Origin: a virus
Lineage: Duplodnaviria; Caudoviricetes
Strand: one strand, 5' to 3'
Length of the DNA: 27,804 nucleotides
Virus record (IMG/VR): IMGVR_UViG_3300049172_000092
Coordinates: 1-27,804 of that record
Shown here piece after piece: positions 7,073 through 15,374 of the stretch; position 1 is the first letter of the stretch, and each line of letters opens with the position of its first letter. The notes under the pieces are model-generated. The model was given only the letters and a program-made list of their open reading frames with translations. It ran no database searches and was not told where the DNA came from. The position numbers and the translations under genes were made by a program.

Positions 7073-8452
7073 ATGCCTCAGCCTGCAGTCCAGTCCCCGG
7101 AGTGGTGGCGTGACCGCCTGTACGAGAAGCTGTGCAAGCGGTCCGCGGAGACGAAGGTCTTCGACGACTACTACGAGTGCGAGCACCCGCTGCCGTTCCT
7201 GCACGAGAAGGCCCGGGATCCCTTCCGGCGCCTGCTGAAGATGTCCCGGGCGAACTACATGGAGCTCGTCGTCGACGCCCTGGTGGGCCGCCTGGAGGTC
7301 GCCGGCTTTCAGTCCGACGCCGAAGGCGAGTCGGACAAGGCCGCGTGGGCGCTGTGGCAGGACAACAATCTCGACGGCGGCTCGTCCCTTGCGTTCCTGG
7401 AGGCGGCGATCCGCGGCAACTCCTACCTCCTGGTGTCGCCGGACAAGCGGCTCGACTTCCGGATCACCCCGGAGCATCCGACGCAGGTCATCACCGAGGA
7501 GAAGCCGGGCGAGCCGGGCGAGCTGGCTGCTGCGTTGAAGCTGTGGCTGGACGACTGGACGGCAAGGCTGTGCTGCACGCTCTATCTGCCGGGCAACGTC
7601 TACAAGTTCGACGCCCCGGAGCCGAAGACGGGAAGCAAGCCGCGCTGGGAGCGCCGAGAAGTTGCAGGCGAGGAGTGGGGCGGTAAGAACGTCCTGGGCG
7701 AAGTGCCGTTCGGGGAACTCACGAACCGGCCGCGCATGCTGAAGCCGGGCGCCTCGGAACTGCGGTCGGTCACAGGGATCCAGGACCGGATCAACAAGAC
7801 GATCGCGGACCGGATGATGACCCAGGAAGCGGCGGCTTTCCCGCAGAAGTGGGCCACAGGCCTGGAGATCCCTGTCGATGAGAACGGGCAGGAGATCGAG
7901 CCGTTCAACGTCGCCGTCAACAAGATCCTCATCGCCGAGGATGGCGGCGCCAAGTTCGGCCAGTTCGCCGCCGCGGACCTGACCGGCTACCTGAAGGGCA
8001 AGGAAGCCGACGTCCACGACATCGCCGCGATCACGTCGACCCCTCCCCACTACCTGCTCGGCTCGATGGTCAACCTCAGCGCGGAGGCGTTGAAGGCCGC
8101 CGAGGCGGGCCTGATCCACAAGATCTACCAGCGGCGCCGGTTCCTGGAGGAGGGCCTGGAGCGCACGATGCGCCTCGCCGGGTTCGCATCCTCGCAGGCG
8201 CGCATCGTGTGGAAGTCCCCGGAGTGGCGGACCGAGGGCGAACTCGTCGACGCACTGGTCAAGATGGGCACTCTCGGGGTCCCCCGTGAGGTGCTGTGGG
8301 AGCGCTGGGGTGCGACGCCGCAGGAGATCGAGCGGTGGCGCAAGCTCAGCGAGGACGCCCTGGACCGGGCGCTCGCCGGAGACATCGCCGCCGAGTACGG
8401 GCCGAAGCCGACCGCCACGGACGACCCCGCGGCGGTTGCGGCCGAGGAGTAG
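7073..8452 (+). CDS. Portal protein (SPP1 gp6-like)
   Basis: 459 aa directly after terL. YY.CEH, NYMELVVDA..RL, WQDN, AFPQKWATG, NLSAEALKAAEAGL motifs. Confidence 0.93.
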   Translation: MPQPAVQSPEWWRDRLYEKLCKRSAETKVFDDYYECEHPLPFLHEKARDPFRRLLKMSRANYMELVVDALVGRLEVAGFQSDAEGESDKAAWALWQDNNLDGGSSLAFLEAAIRGNSYLLVSPDKRLDFRITPEHPTQVITEEKPGEPGELAAALKLWLDDWTARLCCTLYLPGNVYKFDAPEPKTGSKPRWERREVAGEEWGGKNVLGEVPFGELTNRPRMLKPGASELRSVTGIQDRINKTIADRMMTQEAAAFPQKWATGLEIPVDENGQEIEPFNVAVNKILIAEDGGAKFGQFAAADLTGYLKGKEADVHDIAAITSTPPHYLLGSMVNLSAEALKAAEAGLIHKIYQRRRFLEEGLERTMRLAGFASSQARIVWKSPEWRTEGELVDALVKMGTLGVPREVLWERWGATPQEIERWRKLSEDALDRALAGDIAAEYGPKPTATDDPAAVAAEE

Positions 8453-8455
8453 GTG

Positions 8456-9514
8456 ATGGCGACGGCTCGGCAGCTCGCGCTGCGCCACTACCGCCGCCAG
8501 CAGCGCATCGCCCGCCTCACCACCAATCAGATCCAGGAACTGTGGCGACTCCTCGACGTCAGCGATCTGACCGGCTCCTGGAAGGCGGGGATCGGCCGCC
8601 GGATGACGCAGGTCGTCACCGCCGGACAGCTGGCGTCAGCCGGCCTCGCCGACGCCTACGTCGACGAGATAGTGGACGTTGAGGGCGGGGATCCTGAGCG
8701 CGCCGGGTCGGTTCGATCGGCCGCGTTTGCGGGGCTCGCCGCGGACGGGCGGGCGCTGGACTCGCTGCTGTACCTGTCCGTGATCACGACGAAACAGGGG
8801 ATTGGCGGCGGGCTCGATACGCAGGATGCCCTGATGCGCGGCCTGCGTCGGGCTTTGACGATGTCATCGTCGGAGGTGACTCAGGCTGGCCGGGGAGCTG
8901 TCGGCGCGTCGATGGCGGGGAAACGGACGATCCAGGGCTACGTGAGGGTCGTGCAACCGCCGGCCTGCGCCCGCTGCATCGTCCTGGCGGGCAAGGAGTA
9001 CGGCTGGAACACCGGCTTCCAGCGGCACCCCAAGTGCGACTGCATCCACTTGCCGACGACGCTGATCGCACGGAGTCAGCGCCGAGGCCGCGTGGACTCG
9101 GACAGCTTCACGCCGACCACCCGGCCGGGCCGTGGTGGCGCCGGCTTCATTGACCCAAGCGCCTACTTCAATGGTTTGTCGCGTGCCGAGCAGGACCGCA
9201 TCTTCACTGCCGCGGGTGCTCGGGCGATCCGCGAGGGCGCCGATATAGGCCAGGTCGTGAACGCCCGCCGCGGCATGTACACCTCGACCGCCTACGGCCG
9301 GACACTGCGTGCGACTCGTGAGGGCACGACGACGCGGGGTTCCTTCTACCGGCAGGAGCGGGCGCGGGACATCGCCCGTGGTCGCGTGCCGGCCAACATC
9401 GGCCGCCAGTACCGGCTGACGTCACCCCGCCTGATGCCGGAAGAGATCTTCGAGCTTGCCGAGAGCCGCGATGAGGCGATCTCCATGCTGCGCCGCTTCG
9501 GCTATCTGACCTGA
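8456..9514 (+). CDS. MuF-like head morphogenesis / minor capsid protein
   Basis: Between portal and scaffold. GYVRVV..PACARCIVLA..FQRHPKCDC motif. RBS GAGGAG favours ATG 8456. Confidence 0.8.
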   Translation: MATARQLALRHYRRQQRIARLTTNQIQELWRLLDVSDLTGSWKAGIGRRMTQVVTAGQLASAGLADAYVDEIVDVEGGDPERAGSVRSAAFAGLAADGRALDSLLYLSVITTKQGIGGGLDTQDALMRGLRRALTMSSSEVTQAGRGAVGASMAGKRTIQGYVRVVQPPACARCIVLAGKEYGWNTGFQRHPKCDCIHLPTTLIARSQRRGRVDSDSFTPTTRPGRGGAGFIDPSAYFNGLSRAEQDRIFTAAGARAIREGADIGQVVNARRGMYTSTAYGRTLRATREGTTTRGSFYRQERARDIARGRVPANIGRQYRLTSPRLMPEEIFELAESRDEAISMLRRFGYLT

Positions 9515-9549
9515 CCGTGCGCAATGCGCGGCCTTATCCCGCAACGGGA
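9515..9549 (+). promoter_or_regulatory. Tandem CAA-loop hairpin pair upstream of the scaffold gene
   Basis: CCGTGCG-caa-TGCGCGG (9515-9531, two G-U pairs), 5-nt linker, TCCCG-caa-CGGGA (9537-9549) overlapping SD GGGAG at 9546-9550. Confidence 0.55.
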
Positions 9550-9556
9550 GTTCCGC

Positions 9557-10111
9557 ATGTCCGAATCCGCAACCGAACCGACCGCGCCGGAAGGCGGCGA
9601 GCCCTCCGGGCAGCCGGCCGAGCCGAGCACTACGAGCGCCCCGGCAGGAGACGCCCCCCTGGGGCCCGCCGGCGAGAAGGCGCTGAACGAGTGGAAGCAG
9701 CGCGCCAAGGCCGCCGAGAAAGCGAGCCGGGAGCAGGCTGCCCGACTCCAGGAGATCGACGACAGAGACAAGTCCGAACTGCAGAAGGCCAACGACCGGC
9801 TCACCAAGGCAGAGCAGCGTGCCGCCGCAATGGTGGAACGCACCGCCCGTGCCGAAGTGCGGGCCCTCGCCGCCGGCACGTTCGCCGACCCTTCTGACGC
9901 CGCGGCCTTCCTGAACGTGGCCGACTTCGTCGACGACGAAGGCGACATCGACAGCAAGGGCATCGAGAAAGCCCTCGCCGATCTGCTGAAGCGCAAACCG
10001 CACCTCGGCAAAGAGGCGGCCCCGCCCTCCTTCGATGGCGGCGCCCGCACCACCGCGGCGAAACCGCAATCCATGAACGAGCTCATCCGCCAGCAGGCGG
10101 GCGCGAGCTAA
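9557..10111 (+). CDS. Capsid scaffolding protein
   Basis: ATG 9557 after GGGAG. 184 aa with disordered N-terminus, LGPAGEKAL, coiled coil with DKSELQK, FADPSDA, KPHL and MNELIR; directly before the capsid gene. Confidence 0.88.
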   Translation: MSESATEPTAPEGGEPSGQPAEPSTTSAPAGDAPLGPAGEKALNEWKQRAKAAEKASREQAARLQEIDDRDKSELQKANDRLTKAEQRAAAMVERTARAEVRALAAGTFADPSDAAAFLNVADFVDDEGDIDSKGIEKALADLLKRKPHLGKEAAPPSFDGGARTTAAKPQSMNELIRQQAGAS

Positions 10112-10168
10112 CACCGTCCGGCCCGGCTCGAACCGGCCGGCCATTCTCACGAAAGGCAGGCAGAAGCC

Positions 10169-11131
10169 GTGGCCTACAACAACCTGACGAGCCGCACCGA
10201 CGCCGCGGCTCTCATCCCCGAAGACGTGTCCAAGGAGATGCTGGGCAAGGCCGTGGAAGACTCCGCGGCCCTGAAGATGTTCAAGCGGATCCCGGTGGCG
10301 CGCGGCCAGCTGCGCCTGCCGATCCTGTCGGCCCTGCCGGTCGCCTACTGGGTGAGCGGCGACACCGGCCTGAAGCAGACCACCGAGGTCAACTGGGCAA
10401 ACAAGTTCCTGAACGTCGAGGAGATGGCGACGATCGTCCCCTTCCCCGACAACGTCCTCGCCGACACGGACGCCGACCTGTGGGACGAGGCGGAGCCGCT
10501 GGTGCGAGAGGCGTTCGGCCGCCTGCTCGACTCGACGATCTTCTTCGGCACGAACGCGCCGTCGAGCTTCCCGACGAACATCCTGTCGGCCGCAACGGCC
10601 GCAGGGAACAGCGTCAACGAGGGCTCCACCGCTGCGAACGGCGGCTTCTTCGGTGACATCGACAACGTCTACGAGAAGGTCGAGGCCGACGGCTTCGAGG
10701 TGAATGGCTGGGTGGCCGCCACGTCCGCCAAGTCGAAGCTGCGTCGCGCGAGGGACACCCAGGGCCGCAAGCTCGACGAGAACCGCGTCCCCGGCGACAT
10801 GCGCACCCTCGACGGCTACCCGATCGAGTACGCCATGAAGGGCCTCTTCCCCCTCGCGGGCGGAGTCGGCGTCGACGGCGTGCGACTGTTCGGCGGCGAC
10901 TTCGACGAGTTCGTCATCGGCGTCCGCTCCGACATCACGATGAAGATCCTCGACCAGGCGGTCATCCAGGACAACACCGGGGCGATCATCTACAACTTGG
11001 CCCAACAGGACATGACGGCAGTCAGGTTGACGTTCCGCGTCGGCTGGCAGGTCAGTAACCGAATCAACAACGAGCAGCCGACCGAGGCATCCCGCTACCC
11101 CGTCGCCGTCCTCAAGACCGTCGGCGCCTGA
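10169..11131 (+). CDS. Major capsid protein (HK97 fold)
   Basis: 320 aa. LIPE..S.E, AYWV.G, RDTQGR, GDF, NLAQQDMTAVRLTFRVGW motifs; position after scaffold. Confidence 0.93.
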   Translation: MAYNNLTSRTDAAALIPEDVSKEMLGKAVEDSAALKMFKRIPVARGQLRLPILSALPVAYWVSGDTGLKQTTEVNWANKFLNVEEMATIVPFPDNVLADTDADLWDEAEPLVREAFGRLLDSTIFFGTNAPSSFPTNILSAATAAGNSVNEGSTAANGGFFGDIDNVYEKVEADGFEVNGWVAATSAKSKLRRARDTQGRKLDENRVPGDMRTLDGYPIEYAMKGLFPLAGGVGVDGVRLFGGDFDEFVIGVRSDITMKILDQAVIQDNTGAIIYNLAQQDMTAVRLTFRVGWQVSNRINNEQPTEASRYPVAVLKTVGA

Positions 11132-11156
11132 CCCGAACCCCACGAAGGAGACAGAC

Positions 11157-11564
11157 ATGGCCGACACCGCCCCCTACGTGCGGGTCATCGAAGCCGACGT
11201 CCCGGCCGTCTCGACGGCCGGCAACGACGACGACAGCGTGATCGCCCAGGCTCCGTTCGACTGCACGGTGACTTCCGTGGAGTACGTCCCGGAGGCCGCC
11301 ATCACCGGCGCCGACACCAACAGCCGCACCGTCAGCCTCGTCAACAAGGGCGCGGCAGGCTCGGGCAGCACGACCGTCGCCTCACTGGCGCTCACCAGCG
11401 GCGTCAACGCCACGGCGAACAACGAGAAGACCATCACCCTGTCCGGCACTGCAGCCAACCTGGTCCTCGCGGCCGGGGACACCCTGCAGTGGCGATCCAT
11501 TCACGTCGGCACGGGCATCGCCGACCCGGGCGGCCTCGTCCGGATCACCGTCTCCCGGAACTGA
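11157..11564 (+). CDS. Putative capsid decoration protein
   Basis: RBS AAGGAG. 135 aa, Thr/Ala/Val/Ser-rich beta protein right after the capsid gene. Confidence 0.65.
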   Translation: MADTAPYVRVIEADVPAVSTAGNDDDSVIAQAPFDCTVTSVEYVPEAAITGADTNSRTVSLVNKGAAGSGSTTVASLALTSGVNATANNEKTITLSGTAANLVLAAGDTLQWRSIHVGTGIADPGGLVRITVSRN

Positions 11565-11575
11565 GGAGCAGACCC

Positions 11576-11836
11576 ATGGCTGCAACGCGACCCAGCAAGC
11601 CGGCCGGAGAGCCGCAGAACCAGCCCGTCCCGGCCGGGGACGAGGTGGCCAAGGCGGTTCAGCGGGCCACCGACAAGGCGCAGGAACAGGGCTTCTACGG
11701 AGTCGAAACCGACCCCACGCCGAACGAGCACTACTCGGTGGCCGGCGTCGTCGAGGGCAAGCCCACCCCGGAGACTGACCCGGACCACGCCCGCGACGTC
11801 CGGCAGAAGCTCGACGACTCCGCACGCCAGAGCTGA
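11576..11836 (+). CDS. Hypothetical head-associated protein
   Basis: ATG 11576 with RBS GAGGAG. 86 aa, GFYGVETDPTPNEHYSVAGV. Confidence 0.75.
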   Translation: MAATRPSKPAGEPQNQPVPAGDEVAKAVQRATDKAQEQGFYGVETDPTPNEHYSVAGVVEGKPTPETDPDHARDVRQKLDDSARQS

Positions 11837-11850
11837 GAGGGGAGGTCGCC

Positions 11851-12420
11851 GTGGCCCTCCCTCCGTTCGCTACGGCGGCCGAGCTGGCCGCAACGATGCA
11901 GACGCCGGTCGATGCGGCAGCGGCCGATCTGGCGCTGGCGTCTGCATCGGCAGTGATCCGCCGTTGGACTCGGCAGACCATCACCCGTGTCACGGACGAT
12001 GAGGTGCAACTGCGGGTCATCGACTGCGCCGAACTGGTGCTACCGCAGCGCCCGGTCGTTTCGGTGTCCGAGGTGAAGGTCAACGCTCTGGTCCTCAACG
12101 ACTGGGTGCTGTCCGGGGATCGGCTGCTGCGCACGGGCGGCTGGCGCTATCTGCCAGGCACGTCGACCTACCCCGATCCGGGCATTGTGCAGGTGACGTA
12201 CACGCACGGCTGGGAGGACATCCCCGACGAGGTGCGGGCCGTGTGCCTGGACCTGGCGGCGTCGACGGTCTCCAACCCGGGGATGCTCCGGCAGGAGTCG
12301 ATCGACGACTACAGCCGCACACTCGCCGCCGAATCCCTCGGGCTCGGCGCCCTGTCCGAGACCCACAAGTCGCTGCTGGGCGACTTCCGGCGCCGCATCG
12401 GCACGGTGGGGCTGCGATGA
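11851..12420 (+). CDS. Head-to-tail adaptor
   Basis: 189 aa. FATAAEL..ASAVIRRW, LPQRPVVSV, VTYTHG..IP.EV, NP..QESIDDYS. Confidence 0.85.
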   Translation: MALPPFATAAELAATMQTPVDAAAADLALASASAVIRRWTRQTITRVTDDEVQLRVIDCAELVLPQRPVVSVSEVKVNALVLNDWVLSGDRLLRTGGWRYLPGTSTYPDPGIVQVTYTHGWEDIPDEVRAVCLDLAASTVSNPGMLRQESIDDYSRTLAAESLGLGALSETHKSLLGDFRRRIGTVGLR

Positions 12421-12830
12421 GCTCCCTGGACACGCTGCTTACTGCCGGCCGCCATGCAGCCGAAGCCCGCATGAGGGACACGGTCCGCCTGTACTCACAG
12501 GCCCCTGACGGCTTCGACCGGACGAACGGCACTTCCACCCCGGGCGCCCAGACGACGCTGTACACGGGCAAGGCCCGCGTGAAGGCCATCGCGGCCTCGA
12601 CCGGCGAGGAAGCGGAGGCCGGTGAGCGCGAGCTGGTGCTGCGCGAGTACGAGGTGTCCCTGCCCTGGTCGACGAGCCTGCCTGGCGGCACACGGGTGCT
12701 GCCGGGGATGCGGGTCGAGGTGACGGCCTCACCGGATGCCCGCATGGTCGGCCTTGTTCTGTGGGTGACGGGCGCCGCGTTCTCGGATCAGGCGACGGCC
12801 TGGCGGATCAGGACGGAGGACCGCTCGTGA
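12417..12830 (+). CDS. Head-to-tail stopper (DUF6093-like)
   Basis: ATGA overlap. 137 aa, GRHAAEARMRDTV..LYTGKARVK..QATAWR. Confidence 0.8.
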   Translation: MSSLDTLLTAGRHAAEARMRDTVRLYSQAPDGFDRTNGTSTPGAQTTLYTGKARVKAIAASTGEEAEAGERELVLREYEVSLPWSTSLPGGTRVLPGMRVEVTASPDARMVGLVLWVTGAAFSDQATAWRIRTEDRS

Positions 12831-13225
12831 ATGCCCGCTTCAACATGACCGATGTCCGCCGCCTGGAACGCCACCTGGCCCGCGCGATCCCACGGGCCCG
12901 CCGTGATGCGCGGGCGGTGACCGTGCGGGGCGCAATGAACATCAAGCGGGACTGGCGGGCCAACGCCCGCGCCTCGTCCGGGCGGCACGCCCCGCACTAC
13001 CCCCGCACCATCGGCTACGACATCGCCGCCTACGGCCCGGACATCACCATGGCGACGATCGGCCCAGACAAGGGCGGACCCCAGGGTGCGCTCGGCAACA
13101 TCCTGGAATACGGGTCGGTGAAGAACCCGCCGCACCGGGACGGCGGCAGGGCGCTCGACGCTGAGGAGCCGCGGTTCCAGGCGCAGATGGCGATCATCGT
13201 CGCGCGCGGCCTGGCCTGGTGGTGA
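12827..13225 (+). CDS. Neck / tail completion protein (HK97 gp10-like)
   Basis: GTGA overlap with RBS GGAGG. 132 aa, basic, IGPDKG..LGNILEYGS..NPP motif. Confidence 0.8.
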   Translation: MNARFNMTDVRRLERHLARAIPRARRDARAVTVRGAMNIKRDWRANARASSGRHAPHYPRTIGYDIAAYGPDITMATIGPDKGGPQGALGNILEYGSVKNPPHRDGGRALDAEEPRFQAQMAIIVARGLAWW

Positions 13226-13229
13226 TCCG

Positions 13230-13643
13230 GTGACCACTCCCACGGTTCTGCCACACGTCGATGCGGTGCAGGCGGCGCTGGAGACCATCCCTGCGCTGAC
13301 CGTCTATCTCGGCGGCGTCCCTGCGTCATCGGGCTGGGTGCCGCCGGACAAGTACTGCGTGCTCTACCCGGAGCCCGGGGAAGCGGTCAGGGAATCGCTG
13401 GCGGACCAGCGCACCGACTTCATGACCACCTTCCAAGTGACCTGCGTGGGCGGCTCCCTTGAGCGCTGTCTGTGGGTGGCCGACAAGGTGCGGCAGGCGC
13501 TGAGCGGCCCTCTGTCGGTGGAGGGCCGCTCAGCATGGCGGCCGGAGGATCTGGGCGGGCCTCCGGTGCAGCGCGACGACGACACCAACCCGCCTTCCTG
13601 GTTCGTGCCGGTGCAGTACCGGCTGAAGTCCATTCCCGCCTGA
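13230..13643 (+). CDS. Tail terminator protein
   Basis: 137 aa. YCVLYP, FQVTCVG, ADKVRQAL, VQRDDD..P motifs; position before tail genes. Confidence 0.8.
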   Translation: MTTPTVLPHVDAVQAALETIPALTVYLGGVPASSGWVPPDKYCVLYPEPGEAVRESLADQRTDFMTTFQVTCVGGSLERCLWVADKVRQALSGPLSVEGRSAWRPEDLGGPPVQRDDDTNPPSWFVPVQYRLKSIPA

Positions 13644-13656
13644 CAGGAGTCCTCTC

Positions 13657-13989
13657 ATGGCGCTTCTCGCGCAGCAGGTCGTCGCCCTGAGCGGCCTGAC
13701 CCCCACGTACTCGGCTGCCGCCGCCTCCACCACGGTGACGTGTGGTGAGCGGTCGTTCCTGCACGTCAAGAACACCAACGGTTCGTCGATGACCGTCACC
13801 ATCACAGCAACGGGGAAGATCCGCGGCCAGGGTGTCGCCGACCTCGTCGTGACGGTGCCTGCGACGACCGGAGACAAGATGATCGGCCCGATCACCCCGG
13901 ACCTGTTCGCATCAGCCGCCGACGGACAGACCGCCGCGATCACCTACTCGTCGACGACCTCGGTCACGGTCGCCAGCCTCGTCATCTGA
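13657..13989 (+). CDS. Small Thr/Ser/Ala-rich structural protein (possible decoration protein)
   Basis: RBS AGGAG. 110 aa, FLHVKN..TVTI..DLVVTVPA..MIGP beta-sandwich pattern. Confidence 0.7.
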   Translation: MALLAQQVVALSGLTPTYSAAAASTTVTCGERSFLHVKNTNGSSMTVTITATGKIRGQGVADLVVTVPATTGDKMIGPITPDLFASAADGQTAAITYSSTTSVTVASLVI

Positions 13990-14009
13990 CGCCCAACCCC
14001 GTCCTGTTC

Positions 14010-14032
14010 GCCCCGTCGACCGGGGCTTTTTT
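14010..14032 (+). terminator. Intrinsic terminator upstream of the major tail gene
   Basis: GCCCCG-tcgac-CGGGGC followed by TTTTTT. Confidence 0.75.
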
Positions 14033-14051
14033 CATGCCCTGAGGAGGGTCC

Positions 14052-14531
14052 ATGTCTGACCTGATCAACGACGGAATGACCAAGGTGGTCTGGGCGTCGT
14101 CCATCTCGAACATCAACGCGCCGACCACGACCGAGCTGAACGCAGGTTCGGACTTCACCGCCCGCGTCACCCCGGACGGCCTGAAGATCGACCCGTCGAC
14201 GGCGGACGTCGACACCTCGTCGCTGGCCTCCACCTTCGACACCAAGACCGTCGGCCGTGTCGGCTACGACACGGAGGTGACGTTCAAGCGTGGCACCACG
14301 GGCGGCGAGGACCTGCCGTACACGACCCTCAAGTACGGGGTGTCCGGCTACCTCGTTGTGCGTCGCGGCGTCGCCTACGCCACGGCGTGGGCGGCCTCCC
14401 AGAAGTGCGAGGTCTACCCGGTCACCGCGGGCGAGCCGCAGAATGTCAGCCCGGCGGCCAACGAGGTCATGAAGTTCGTCAGCCCGCTCAAGGTCACGGG
14501 CCCGCCCGCGACCGCCGCCACGGTGGCCTGA
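14052..14531 (+). CDS. Major tail (tube) protein
   Basis: RBS GAGGAGG. 159 aa, DG.TKVVW..I.NI.APT..EL.AG, GYLVVRRG, EVYPV..GE motifs of actinophage tail tube proteins. Confidence 0.88.
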   Translation: MSDLINDGMTKVVWASSISNINAPTTTELNAGSDFTARVTPDGLKIDPSTADVDTSSLASTFDTKTVGRVGYDTEVTFKRGTTGGEDLPYTTLKYGVSGYLVVRRGVAYATAWAASQKCEVYPVTAGEPQNVSPAANEVMKFVSPLKVTGPPATAATVA

Positions 14532-15049
14532 TGGCGAGCATCGAAGACATCCTCGCGAAGGCGAAGCCCCGCGAGCGCACCGTCCGGGTGTGCATCGCGG
14601 GGGACGTCGCCGGTGAACTGGACAGGCTGCAGGACGAGTTGTCGCGGGTGTCGTCGGACTGGGAGCCGCAGGACCTCACCGACGTACACCCAGGCCGGGC
14701 ACTCGCCGAGCAGATGAAGGCCCTGCGCGAGCAGGCCCGCGCGGCCGAAGTGCCGTTCCTGCTGCGCTACATCGGCGACAAGGCGTACTCGGATCTGATG
14801 GCCGCCCATCCTGCCAAGGACGACAGCCAGGCTTTCGATTCGGAGACGTTCCCGCGCGCCCTGATCGCCGCCTCCTGCGTAGATCCGGTGATGACCGAGG
14901 ATCAGGCCGTCGAGCTGTTCGAGGTCATCAACGAGGGTGAGATCAAGAAGCTGTTCGACGCGGCCTGGGACGTGCACAACGCCTCGGACATCGTCCCTTT
15001 CTCGCTGGCCGCCTCCGCGCTCCTGGCGGCCCTTGGAGACGAGAGCTAG
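14531..15049 (+). CDS. Tail assembly chaperone (lambda gpG equivalent)
   Basis: TGATG overlap. 172 aa between major tail and tape measure; contains a slippery heptamer near its 3' end. Confidence 0.85.
   Translation: MASIEDILAKAKPRERTVRVCIAGDVAGELDRLQDELSRVSSDWEPQDLTDVHPGRALAEQMKALREQARAAEVPFLLRYIGDKAYSDLMAAHPAKDDSQAFDSETFPRALIAASCVDPVMTEDQAVELFEVINEGEIKKLFDAAWDVHNASDIVPFSLAASALLAALGDES
14995..15001 (+). promoter_or_regulatory. -1 programmed ribosomal frameshift site C-CCT-TTC
   Basis: XXXYYYZ heptamer in the correct phase (GTC CCT TTC = V-P-F). The -1 frame is open from here to TGA at 15352-15354. Confidence 0.8.
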
Positions 15050-15354
15050 AGACCGCCCGAGCCTGGGGGGTTCCTCGCTCTGTCTTCATGGGCCGCGTCG
15101 TCGCTGATGGCGAACCGCTGTGGCTGTCCGAGGACCGGGCTTGGGCGCTCGCCCTGGCCGAAGTCGAGGCCGACGCATGCCCCGAATGCGGCCAGCCCTG
15201 GAGCGAGGCCACCGACCCGGACAGCGAGTTCGCCTACAAAGCCCACCTGGTGAAGTGCCACGCCTGCGGCACCTCCGCCAAGACGGTAAAGGCTCACCAG
15301 GACAACCACGGCGACACGGACGGTCTGCACGTCCACATCGAACGGCGCACATGA
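15001..15354 (+). CDS. Frameshift extension of the tail assembly chaperone (gpGT equivalent, about 274 aa fused)
   Basis: -1 frame reads LAGRLRAPGGPWRRELETARAWGVPRSVFMGR..WLSEDRAWALA..CPECG..CHAC; no clear RBS before ATG 15088. Confidence 0.8.
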   Translation, partial: LAGRLRAPGGPWRRELETARAWGVPRSVFMGRVVADGEPLWLSEDRAWALALAEVEADACPECGQPWSEATDPDSEFAYKAHLVKCHACGTSAKTVKAHQDNHGDTDGLHVHIERRT

Positions 15355-15374
15355 GACGGGGACGGGGGTGAGTC

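Noticed and set aside
4886-8488. 1200-aa minus-strand ORF (also 253-1767, 9422-11167, 15528-17429, 18720-20495, 24458-26167)
   Set aside because: Antisense shadows of well-supported + strand genes. Long stop-free antisense frames are expected at this GC content, and the translations show no recognisable motifs.
8456-9514. MuF protein as a polymorphic toxin carrier
   Set aside because: Only 352 aa, no recognisable C-terminal toxin domain, and no small immunity gene before the scaffold.
10118-10156. CCGG-rich hairpin and a CACGAA(A)GG motif before the capsid gene, similar to 11141-11150
   Set aside because: The stem is short and built from self-complementary CCGG units common in GC-rich DNA; the shared motif is mostly the RBS.
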